Part shown: positions 18,601 to 26,051 of the stretch, piece by piece
Position numbering within the stretch: the first letter of the stretch is position 1
Layout of the letters: each line of letters opens with the position of its first letter
Origin: Deltaproteobacteria bacterium
GTDB taxonomy: Bacteria; Myxococcota_A; UBA9042
Direction of reading: 5' to 3'
Assembly (NCBI GenBank): GCA_020632665.1
Contig: JACKFC010000005.1
Location: 7,915 to 71,914, forward strand
Length of the DNA stretch: 64,000 nt
Made by a program: the position numbers and the translations under genes
Notes under the pieces: model-generated
Told to the model about the DNA's origin: nothing
Databases searched by the model: none
The model's input: the letters and a program-made list of their open reading frames with translations, nothing else

Positions 18601-19361
18601 CGGCCGAGCTGCGCGCCGGAGCCACGATCTGTGGCCAGGACGTTGCGTGGGGGCGCCTGCCGCAGACCGAGGCGCAGACGGTCGCGCAGACCCTCGCGAG
18701 CACCGGTGAGCCGGTCGATCTGGTCCGCGGCGGCGGCGCCGTCGAGTCCTTGGTGACCACGGCGATGCAGGGGCGGCGGATCATCCACCTCGCGACGCAC
18801 GGCTATTTCGCTCCGTCGAACGCCTGCGTCAGCGTCAACCTGGACGCCAAGCAGGTCGCGGCGGTGAAGGCGCAGACCATCGAATCGATGCACCGCGCGC
18901 CGCTCTACGACCCGCTGCGCCTCTCGGCGGTGATCCTCTCGGGCCGCAACGCCGCACGCGCCGCGCACGCGACGGCCGAGGCCGACGGCACGCTGTCTGC
19001 GCGCGAGGTCGCTCGCCTGGACCTGCGCGCGGCCGAGTTGGTGGCGCTCTCCGCGTGTGAGACGGGCCTCGGCGAGAATGGCTCGGCAGACGGGGCGGTC
19101 GGCCTCTCGCGCTCGCTGCTGGTGGCCGGGGCCGGGAGCGTCGTCGCGTCGCTGTGGCAAGTGCCGTCGCTCGCGACCAACGAGTTGTTCAAGGAGTTCT
19201 ACAGCGCCGCGCTCCGCCACAAGGGACACCTGAGCGGGCGGGACGTGGTCGACCTGATGCGGGACGCGCGGCTGAAGTCGATCGCGCGCTTCCGCAAGCA
19301 AGGGCTGAAGCAATCGGCGATGATGTGGGCAGCGTTCGTCCCGGTCGTCGCGCGGCCCTGA
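15663..19361 (+). CDS. TPR-repeat CHAT-domain (caspase-like) protein with signal peptide
   Basis: N-terminal signal (AAGVLVLGLAVLLATPVAADP). Many TPR_10/12-type repeats (ATMWNNLGF, ATELSNLGV, ATSYNNLGG, ...). C-terminal CHAT domain with His context IIHLATHGYF and Cys context LVALSACETGLG. Confidence 0.9.
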   Translation: MSPTRRHRSTAAAAPAAGVLVLGLAVLLATPVAADPPPQPVDRAAMLAKAPPAGKALCHDVPDVDLEWCLSGCTAWPATTACLMARRWGAMGIQVALYARKNGRTVPDVAKEAGMDPAQAELLRLYADWEAIVPVDWNGTGALQGQAKATFAQAQQLAKDGTAAYAARDHDKAKTLLMRSTELVAKAYGPKHVEVAKAMVRVAYPEMKLRNYAVARKVLQAALERFRAVMPEDHPAIADAMQVLGQVEHADLHFTEARKLFEGAIARRRKTHGESDPKLATMWNNLGFPCEELADFRCKREALEKSMAIREVTNGPESLELATELSNLGVFLSQLGELDRASAVLERARELRVRHNAPAEDRATSYNNLGGHAVSLGLYHDAQQLFEQALQIWDSDPKTDPLKRAVTAGQLGTSLIRMGSLQAGVVLIVKVLELRRAKLPAHHPDVQLSLATVGETLLELARGQLRGADRDREVAKAVGYLEDALEGTVKLRGADHPDSAMALLRVAGARPDQGKGELAPPLFEKAIAILEKHHGKEHPSLIPAWNNYGVALVALSRTQDALAAYRKALAIAEALLGLWHPNTLGIRTNMLNLRLQSGKPDAAAAAEVEALVGETVRAVEAAILSARSDLGLLFLAHQHRQARELALRLQAKGGDTKTAYGALLATTGLAQRAEVIWRGMMRLQPSASSDVWATLESYRDNARQRMAIEGGAGSLSLPASRRRAERKRLDAERSALAAKLDRALPQIVSAQRTLRPDLAQVCTRLRKDDSRLVHFASWTETTEDGKPRDHYGAWVVTGKGCTVRFVALGPARAVDDAIGKWRDSIGKATACFVKKRKAAFCKRDLAAMDGLGATIRDAVWAPVQGALGKPGRVWIVATEDIAALAFDALPGADGRYLAEDWTIGYLPHPAALAIGDAAAHEGKASGALVVGDLDYEQMPADSQKALASWERCDGDACRSLQAGDGAARLLADARGASTRAAELRAGATICGQDVAWGRLPQTEAQTVAQTLASTGEPVDLVRGGGAVESLVTTAMQGRRIIHLATHGYFAPSNACVSVNLDAKQVAAVKAQTIESMHRAPLYDPLRLSAVILSGRNAARAAHATAEADGTLSAREVARLDLRAAELVALSACETGLGENGSADGAVGLSRSLLVAGAGSVVASLWQVPSLATNELFKEFYSAALRHKGHLSGRDVVDLMRDARLKSIARFRKQGLKQSAMMWAAFVPVVARP

Positions 19362-19454
19362 ACCGTGCGACCTGAGCTACGCTTCAGATCGCGACGCCGC
19401 GTCGCGCGTCTGCGCTGACGCAGCGGGCCGAGGGGCCACGGAGGAGGAGAGGTG

Positions 19455-21359
19455 ATGCGAGCTCGGATCGAAGGCAATGGAATCACGCGCGGCCCCGCCG
19501 CGACACGCGCGCTCGCCGCCGGATGCGCGCTCATCGGCCTGCTGGTCGCCACCGTCGCGGGCGCCGAAGAGCCGGCGAAGCGCTGCGGTGGTGAGGCGCC
19601 GACCAAGATCTGCGTCGCCTTCGAGCGTTCGCCCCGGCTGCCGACCGACGATCCGAAGACCAAGGCCGTCGTCGCGTTGTGGAAGCGGATCGAGGCGCCC
19701 TTCGCGGCCCTGACCGGCCGCGAGACCGGCCTGGTCGTCCTCGGTCCCGAAGGCCGCTACGGCGAGGGCAAAGACGCCCAGCCCTTCCCGCCGGCGGCCT
19801 ATATCTGCCCCGGCGCGCCACCGGTCGTCTACGTGCCGTATACGCTCGTCGACTTGGTCCTGGTGCAGAAGAAATACCCCGTCGACTTCATGGCCTTCGT
19901 CATTGGCCACGAGCTTGGTCACCGGGCCAACGACTTCAGCCTCGACGGCTGCCAGCTCGCCGCCTTCCAGCGTCCGGGCAAGGGTCGCTACGAGGAGGAG
20001 TTGGCCGACAAGCGCTCGGCCTTCTTCACCGCGATCGGCGGCTACTCGACCCGAAAGCTGGCGCAGGAGGACCTCGTCAGCCACTTCCTACAGGCGGAAT
20101 TCGGCCTACGCAAATACCACACCGAGGGCCGGAAAAAGTCGGTGATGGAGGCGCTGACCCACTTCGACGCGCTCGAGAGCCTCTACCAGACCTCGGTCGC
20201 GCTCGCCCTCTCCGGTGAGACCCAGGCCGCCGCGCGCCTGTTGAGCTGGGCGGAAGAGCTGATCCGCGGCAAGGGCGTGCCGCTGCCCGAGCTGCTGGTC
20301 GCCCGCGCCCTGGTCCTGATGATGAACGCCGCGCCGAACGCGCCGTGGCTGGAGAAGGCGAAGCTCCCGCTCGACGCCACGCACCTGCGCTGTGCCCCGA
20401 TCTATGCCAGCCACACCGCGCTCTGGGACCAGCCCGACGCCGGCGCCGCCGTCCGCGGTGCCTCCGACGAGCGCGAGGCCGCGCGGCGCGCGCTGACCAC
20501 CGCCCGCAAGCTCCTCGACGAGGCGGCCGAGATGGGCGCCAGCCCGCTGACCATCGCCGCCGGCCGGACCTGCGTCGCCTTCTACCTCGGCGAAGCCAAC
20601 GTCGCCGTCGCGCAGCAGAAGGAGACGCTGAAGCTGGTGCCGAAGGGCGCTCCGCCGACCGTGGTCGGTGCCGTCGCGAGCAACGGCGCGCTGGTCGACT
20701 TCCTCGCCGCGGTCGAGAGCAAGCCGACGCCCGCGCTGACCGACGCCAAGGCCCTCGGCAAATGGGGCAAGCAGATCGGCAAGCTGGCGAAGAAGGTGCA
20801 GCCGAATGTCGCCCTCGCCGACCTGGTCAAGCGGCTGAAGGCGCTGCCGAAGCGGGACGAGAACCCAGCGCAGATGCGGCCAAAGCGCGGTTGCAAGCAC
20901 AAATCGACCGCCGACGTGAAGAAGCTCGAGCTCCCTGCGGCGCAGGCCCCCGAGGCGCGCAAGCTGGGTGCCTGCCCGAAGGGCTGGAAGTTGGCGCATA
21001 CGCTGCCGAGCCTGGAGGTCGCGACGCGCACCGGCTCGCCGACCGGCGTGACCACCTGCGTGCCCGCCGATGGTCGTGCCGGCGTGCGCTGGGTCGGCGT
21101 CGATATGCCCGGCGTGACGAGCCCGCCGCTGGACGAGCTGCAGGTTCGGATGCGGATCATCGAGTCGACCGCGATGGCGCTGCCGATGCTCTCGATCTGG
21201 AGCTGCATGTGCGGCGACGCGATGCAGATGATGGGCTTGTCGGACGTCGGCGAGGAGGGCTACATGGTCGCGTGTGACGCCCTCGGCGTGGGCATGGGCG
21301 TGGTCTTCTCCGACCACCTCGGCACGGTCAAGCGCCTGGTCGTCATCGACAGCGAGTAG
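19455..21359 (+). CDS. Secreted hypothetical protein with HExxH (putative zinc metallopeptidase)
   Basis: Signal peptide (LAAGCALIGLLVATVAGA). Single FVIGHELGHRAND motif. Helical C-terminal half. RBS GGAGGAGGAGAGG. GTG at 19452 or ATG at 19455. Confidence 0.7.
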   Translation: MRARIEGNGITRGPAATRALAAGCALIGLLVATVAGAEEPAKRCGGEAPTKICVAFERSPRLPTDDPKTKAVVALWKRIEAPFAALTGRETGLVVLGPEGRYGEGKDAQPFPPAAYICPGAPPVVYVPYTLVDLVLVQKKYPVDFMAFVIGHELGHRANDFSLDGCQLAAFQRPGKGRYEEELADKRSAFFTAIGGYSTRKLAQEDLVSHFLQAEFGLRKYHTEGRKKSVMEALTHFDALESLYQTSVALALSGETQAAARLLSWAEELIRGKGVPLPELLVARALVLMMNAAPNAPWLEKAKLPLDATHLRCAPIYASHTALWDQPDAGAAVRGASDEREAARRALTTARKLLDEAAEMGASPLTIAAGRTCVAFYLGEANVAVAQQKETLKLVPKGAPPTVVGAVASNGALVDFLAAVESKPTPALTDAKALGKWGKQIGKLAKKVQPNVALADLVKRLKALPKRDENPAQMRPKRGCKHKSTADVKKLELPAAQAPEARKLGACPKGWKLAHTLPSLEVATRTGSPTGVTTCVPADGRAGVRWVGVDMPGVTSPPLDELQVRMRIIESTAMALPMLSIWSCMCGDAMQMMGLSDVGEEGYMVACDALGVGMGVVFSDHLGTVKRLVVIDSE

Positions 21360-21364
21360 CCGAC

Positions 21365-21856
21365 ATGAAGAGCAAGCACCTGCAGATTCGGATCGAGCAA
21401 TGCCTCGCGCTGTCGAAGGCGAGCAACTGCCCACGACGCAAATTCGGCGCGCTGCTGCTCGACCCGGAACGCAACGTCATCCTCATGGACGGCTACAACG
21501 GCGGCCCGCGCGGCGGCGGGGCACTCTGCGGCGGCGCCGTCTGCCTGCGCGACGAGCAGGGCGTGCCATCCGGCACCCGCATGGAGATCGGCTGCCACCA
21601 CGCCGAGATGAACGTCGTCTGCAACGCCGCGGCCTCGGGCGTGGCGACGCGCGGCGCCTGGATCATCGTCACCGGCGAACCCTGCATGATGTGCGCGAAG
21701 CTGATCCACCACGCCGGCATCCGCCGCGTCATCGTCGTCGACGGCGGCTATGGCGGCGCAAACGGCTGTGCGTACCTCGAGGATCACGGCGTCGAGGTGC
21801 AGCGCGAGGCTGGACCGCGCGATCCGCGCAGCGCCTCCCAGCTCGGCGGCGGCTGA
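21365..21856 (+). CDS. dCMP/cytidine deaminase family zinc enzyme
   Basis: CHHAEMNVV and PCMMCAKLI zinc-binding motifs. Starts 5 nt after the upstream stop. Confidence 0.9.
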   Translation: MKSKHLQIRIEQCLALSKASNCPRRKFGALLLDPERNVILMDGYNGGPRGGGALCGGAVCLRDEQGVPSGTRMEIGCHHAEMNVVCNAAASGVATRGAWIIVTGEPCMMCAKLIHHAGIRRVIVVDGGYGGANGCAYLEDHGVEVQREAGPRDPRSASQLGGG

Positions 21857-21875
21857 GGCTCGACCGCGCGCTCGG

Positions 21876-24332
21876 TTATTCGTAGCTGTAGAGGACCCAA
21901 GCGCGCACCGAGCTGCCGTTCGGGTCGTTGTAGACGTTGCCGAGCTCGTCGGTATCCGTGCAGCGGTGCCCGTCCCAATCGTTGTGATAGGTCCACTGTA
22001 GGGTCAGGCCCTGGCCGACGTTGGCGACGTAGTTGACCGAGGCGTAGGTCAGGCCACGGGACGCTCCCTTTGCCGGCGTCGGCGAGAGCGCGTGGTTGCT
22101 GCCCGGGTTGGTCTGCCCGGCGTGCCAGGTGAAGTTGACGCCGCTGCCACTGAGCCGGAACTGGTTGGAGCCCGAACCGCCGTCGGAGTCGCCACAGATG
22201 CCGACCTTGGTGACGCGGATCTTCTTGCCCGCGATCGCCGGGATCGTGCCCATGGTCAGCGTCGGGCCCTGGCTGCTCGTCACCACCTGGCTCAGAACCT
22301 GGAATTTCGGCAGGTTCTTCTTGCAGCTATTGTTGCAGGCGTCGTCGTCGACGTTGTTGCCGTCGTCGCATTCTTCGCCGGCGTCGAGCTCGTTGTCGCC
22401 GCACTTCGCCGCGCCCTTCCACTCGTGGCCGAGGTACTCGACGCGCAGCCAGGAGGAGCGCGCGAGCTTCTCTTTGGTCGTGTCGACGACCGCGCCATAC
22501 CAGCTCGTGCCGTTGTTGATGTAGAGCCGGACGTTGACGTAATCCTTCGCGTCGAGCCAGAGCACGCGCTCGAAGTGCAGCGAGTTGTTGCTGTTGCCGG
22601 AGTTGTAGTTGCGCCCCTCGAAGGCCACCTTGCCGTTCTTGTGGACCTCGTAATAGTGCTGGCCGCCGGCGCCCCAATTGTCGAAGCGGATCTTGTAGAA
22701 GCCGGCGATCTTGGCGGTGATCCGGCCCGTCGCGTTGCTGCTCGAGCCGCCCGACGCGCCCGACGCGACGTCGAGGTAGCGGCCGGCGGTGTTGTAGTCG
22801 GTGTGGTCGGTGCAGAAGTAGTTCCAGCCGGTGTTGCCGTTGACGCTGCAGCCGCCCTGCCAGAAGACCGGACGCGGCTGGGCCGCCACCCACGCGGCGC
22901 CGTTGCAGATCTCCAAGCCGCCGATCGGGTGCATCCGCAGCCGGCCGAGCAGGGTCGCGCTGCAGTCGGCGGTGGCGTTGCCGATCAGCAGGCCGTTGGC
23001 CGAGGCGATGCCGCCCTTGACCACGAGATCGCCGAGGACCTGGGCCTTCTTGTCGCTGATGGTGGTGACGGTGATGGTCCAATCGGCGAGCACGCCGTCG
23101 GTCTTCGCGTCGACTTGGCAGAGGTCCTTGTTGCCGGGCTTCTGCGGGATGCAGAACGAGGTGTCCTTCACCTTCAGCGTCCAGAGGCCCTTGGGGTTCT
23201 TGCCGATCCACGTCGTCAGGTCGCCGCTCTTGGGCTGCGTCGGCAGCGGGAAGGTCTTGTCGAAGGTCTTGGCGTCGACGTCACCGCACGGGTCGCAGAG
23301 CGTGTAGCCGACGGCCTTGTCGTCCGGCGGCAGCAGGACCATCGAGACCGCGGAGAGGTCGGTGTTGCCCACAACGACGCGGACCTTCAGGTCCTTGGCG
23401 ACGCCGAGATCCGGCACGGTGATGGTGGAGACCGCGTCGGCGCCGGTATTGTCGGGGATCGCGACGGCCTTCTGGGCGCCGCTGAAGGCGTCTTCGAACT
23501 CGTTCGAGAGGACGCCGCCGGAGATCTCGTCGAGGCCATCGGAGGGCAGCGACCCCGCCGTGCTCTTGCAGAGGAGCTTGCCGGTGGCGTCGATGCCGAC
23601 CACGACCTCGCCGGATTTGCACTGGCCCGAGGGCGCCGGGATGCCGGTGAGCTTGCTGCCGTCGCCGATGAACGCAGTCGCCGTCACGGTCTTCGCGGCG
23701 AGGTCGCCGGAAAAGGTCGCGTTCTTCGCCTTCAGGCTATTGCCCCCGAGGTCGACGTCGCCGTCGAAGGTCAGCTCGGCGACGGAGACGCAGCCGGTGC
23801 AGGCGAGGTCCAGCGCGGGGCCGCCCTTGGTCGTGCTGCCGGCGTAGTTGAAGCCGAGCTTCGCCGCCGCGACCGATCCGTTCGCGATCTGGTCGCCGCC
23901 GACGCAGCCGGTGCAAGAGAGCGCAGACGCGCTGCCGGCGTGCAGCGCCGAGACCACGCTGGCCAGGGGGAAAGGACCCAGCGCCGGCTCGTTCCCCACC
24001 ACGACGCGGCCTTGCAGGCCCTTCTCGGCGAAGAGGGCGCCGCTGGTCGCCGCGGCGGCGAGCGAGCCGTCTTTGCCCAGCAGCCAGGAGAATCGGCCGG
24101 CCTTGACCGCGATCTGCTCCGGTCCTTCGGAGTAGAGGGTCTTGTCGGAGTCGGTCCCGTGCAGCGTGATGGTCAGCGCGTAGGTGCCGTCCGCGACCGG
24201 CCCGCCGCCGGCGCCGGTGAGAACACCCTCGATCAGCACATGCTGCGGCACGGCGGCCGACGCGGCGTGGGCCCCGAAGATGCCGAGTAGCAGTGCGATC
24301 GCCGAAGCGATGATGGTTCCGTGGCGGCTCAT
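21876..24332 (-). CDS. Secreted chimeric fibre/adhesin-like protein (tail-fibre-like repeats, P-domain-like, C1q/TNF-like, myxococcal Cys-rich repeat, C-terminal beta domain)
   Basis: Signal peptide (IIASAIALLLGIFGAHAASA). CTGCV and IGDGSKLTGIP fibre-like motifs. Proprotein-convertase P-domain-like segment (AIPDNTGADAVSTITVPD...GLWTLKVKDTS...LADWTITV). C1q-like pattern (TGRITAKIAGFYKIRF...VHKNGKVAF...LWLDAKDYVNVRLY). CGDNELDAGEECDDGNNVDDDACNNSC repeat. GC is lower than in the flanks. RBS AGGAG. Confidence 0.8.
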   Translation of the reverse strand: MSRHGTIIASAIALLLGIFGAHAASAAVPQHVLIEGVLTGAGGGPVADGTYALTITLHGTDSDKTLYSEGPEQIAVKAGRFSWLLGKDGSLAAAATSGALFAEKGLQGRVVVGNEPALGPFPLASVVSALHAGSASALSCTGCVGGDQIANGSVAAAKLGFNYAGSTTKGGPALDLACTGCVSVAELTFDGDVDLGGNSLKAKNATFSGDLAAKTVTATAFIGDGSKLTGIPAPSGQCKSGEVVVGIDATGKLLCKSTAGSLPSDGLDEISGGVLSNEFEDAFSGAQKAVAIPDNTGADAVSTITVPDLGVAKDLKVRVVVGNTDLSAVSMVLLPPDDKAVGYTLCDPCGDVDAKTFDKTFPLPTQPKSGDLTTWIGKNPKGLWTLKVKDTSFCIPQKPGNKDLCQVDAKTDGVLADWTITVTTISDKKAQVLGDLVVKGGIASANGLLIGNATADCSATLLGRLRMHPIGGLEICNGAAWVAAQPRPVFWQGGCSVNGNTGWNYFCTDHTDYNTAGRYLDVASGASGGSSSNATGRITAKIAGFYKIRFDNWGAGGQHYYEVHKNGKVAFEGRNYNSGNSNNSLHFERVLWLDAKDYVNVRLYINNGTSWYGAVVDTTKEKLARSSWLRVEYLGHEWKGAAKCGDNELDAGEECDDGNNVDDDACNNSCKKNLPKFQVLSQVVTSSQGPTLTMGTIPAIAGKKIRVTKVGICGDSDGGSGSNQFRLSGSGVNFTWHAGQTNPGSNHALSPTPAKGASRGLTYASVNYVANVGQGLTLQWTYHNDWDGHRCTDTDELGNVYNDPNGSSVRAWVLYSYE

Positions 24333-24380
24333 ACGCGACTCCTGGGCGTAGGGATCTCCCGATTGCCCTGGGAGTGTGCC

Positions 24381-24397
24381 GAATTCGACTCGAATTC
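24381..24397. promoter_or_regulatory. AT-rich perfect palindrome GAATTCGA-C-TCGAATTC upstream of the fibre-like gene
   Basis: Read directly from the 89-bp intergenic region between 24332 and 24422. It is compositionally unlike the ~70% GC background. Confidence 0.3.
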
Positions 24398-24421
24398 GAA
24401 AGCGAACCGGTCCGCGTGCCG

Positions 24422-24985
24422 CTATTCGCCAGCCAGCTCGGGGAAGAGGGTGGCCAGCGCCGCCTCCAGCGCTTCGGGCGCGTCGTCGTTGTCAATCGCC
24501 AGATCGGCCATCGCCGCGGTCGCCACCAGGCGCTGCGCCGCGACGTCGGAGGAGTTGAGTTCGGCCTCTTCTTGCCGCACGAATTCCTCGAAGGACGCGG
24601 CATCGCCGGCGCGGTTGCGGGCGCGGATCCGCTCGTAGCGCGTGCGACGCTCGGCGCGGACCTCGAGCAAGCGGAAGCCCGGGTTGGTCCGCAGCACCTC
24701 GACCTCCGCCGGGTTGCGCACGCTGTCGACGATCGCGCCCGGCCCGCCGTCGGCCTCCTCGGCGATGCGCTGCAGCACCAATTGCGCCAGCACCCCCGGC
24801 CCGCCTTCTTCGCGCAGCCGACGGCCACCGGCGATCAGGTTGTCTCGCGTCGGCTGCAGCCCGCGGCGCCGCAGATCGGCGCGGAGCTCGTCCGAGAGCG
24901 AGGTGTAGCGCAGGCCGCGGGCCTGCAGCCATTCCGCGACGGTGCCCTTGCCGGCGCCGTTGCGCCCGGTCAGACCGATGATCAT
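24422..24985 (-). CDS. P-loop nucleotide/nucleoside kinase family protein (CoaE/UPF0200-like)
   Basis: MIIGLTGRNGAGKGT Walker A at the N-terminus; size 187 aa. ATGA overlap with the upstream ygfZ-like stop (24982-24985). The track ORF extension to 26185 is rejected. Confidence 0.8.
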   Translation of the reverse strand: MIIGLTGRNGAGKGTVAEWLQARGLRYTSLSDELRADLRRRGLQPTRDNLIAGGRRLREEGGPGVLAQLVLQRIAEEADGGPGAIVDSVRNPAEVEVLRTNPGFRLLEVRAERRTRYERIRARNRAGDAASFEEFVRQEEAELNSSDVAAQRLVATAAMADLAIDNDDAPEALEAALATLFPELAGE

Positions 24986-26034
24986 GTCGCCAAGACCCCC
25001 TGCCGCGTCGTCCCGATGACGCGCAGCGCTACGGTGGTGCCTGTATCTGCGTCCGCGTTCGCCGCCGTCAACCTCGTGCCCGGCGCGGCGGCCTTGCGCG
25101 AGACCATCGCCAAGCCGAGTGCGCCCTCCGGCAGGACGACGCCGCTGCCGGTATGACCCGCGCGGCGGCCGGCCTCGTCGCGCAGCAGCGTGCCCGCCGG
25201 CGGCGGAGTGGCGCCGTCTTCCGGCACGACCCAACACAGATGCCGGCGCAGCTGGCCGCGCCAGGCCTGCATCGCCAGCGCCTCCTGGCCGAGGTAGCAG
25301 CCCTTCTCCAGCGAGACGCCGTCGCCGAGCCCCGCTTCCCACGGCGTCGAGCCTTCGGGGACGTCCACGGGCAGGCGGGGGTCGCCGCGGAGCACGCGGA
25401 TCGCCTCGCCGGCGGCGAAGCAGCCGACCTGTGCGCCCGCGCCGAGCAGGGGGCCGACCAGCGCCGGCACGGCGTCGCGCGGCAGGCTGATGCGCAGGCC
25501 ACCGGCGACCTGCGGAAAGCCTGCGTCCGGCTCCGGATGCGCGCTCGGCGGCTGCAGCGTCGTCACCTTGGCCGCGTGCTCGCCGACGTCGGCCGCGACC
25601 CAGGTTCCGGCTTGCTCCGGTATCGGCAGCCCAGCGGCGCGGGCGATCTCCGTCGCGGCAGGGCCGATCAGATCGACGGCTGCGAGCGACTCGTCGATGG
25701 CGATCTGGACCCGCTCGGCGACCCGATGCCCGAGCAGGCGGTCGACCAGGGCCTGCGCTTGCGGACGGCCGGTCCAGAGCAGGACCTCGTCGGCATCGGT
25801 CAGCACGTCCGCCACGGCGTGCAGGCGACCCTGCGCGTCGGTGGAGGTGACGGCGAAGCTGCGTCCCGCCTCGACCGGGTCGAAGGGTGCCGTCAGCAAC
25901 GCGTGCAAGAAGCGTCGGTGGTGCTTGCCGCTGGCGCGGATGGCGAGCAGGTCGTCGCGGCCGAAGATCGCCGCGCCCTGCAGCGCGACCGACAAGGCCG
26001 CCTGATCGCGGGGCGAGAGCTCGCGGTAGGACAT
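24982..26034 (-). CDS. ygfZ: YgfZ/GcvT-family folate-binding protein
   Basis: Signature EKGCYLGQE near the C-terminal third; 350 aa starting MSYRELSP (ATG at 26032-26034). The track ORF extension to 27534 is an Arg-rich shadow frame. Confidence 0.85.
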   Translation of the reverse strand: MSYRELSPRDQAALSVALQGAAIFGRDDLLAIRASGKHHRRFLHALLTAPFDPVEAGRSFAVTSTDAQGRLHAVADVLTDADEVLLWTGRPQAQALVDRLLGHRVAERVQIAIDESLAAVDLIGPAATEIARAAGLPIPEQAGTWVAADVGEHAAKVTTLQPPSAHPEPDAGFPQVAGGLRISLPRDAVPALVGPLLGAGAQVGCFAAGEAIRVLRGDPRLPVDVPEGSTPWEAGLGDGVSLEKGCYLGQEALAMQAWRGQLRRHLCWVVPEDGATPPPAGTLLRDEAGRRAGHTGSGVVLPEGALGLAMVSRKAAAPGTRLTAANADADTGTTVALRVIGTTRQGVLAT

Positions 26035-26051
26035 CGTGGCTCCGTGTTGGT

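Noticed and set aside
21365-21856. dCMP deaminase as a nucleotide-depletion anti-phage defence gene linked to the CHAT cluster
   Set aside because: It is only 163 aa, with the plain ComEB/dCMP deaminase layout. It lacks the extra kinase or sensor domain known from defensive deaminases. It is most simply a housekeeping gene packed behind the cluster.
22092-24290. 732-aa plus-strand ORF; other plus-strand shadow ORFs at 30188-32464, 32715-35108, 40451-42007, 43503-45422, 48752-50494, 54355-55725, 55875-57317 and 57290-59305
   Set aside because: They lie opposite well-supported minus-strand genes (fibre-like protein, SppA, Bat genes, MoxR). The translations are low-complexity and lack motifs.
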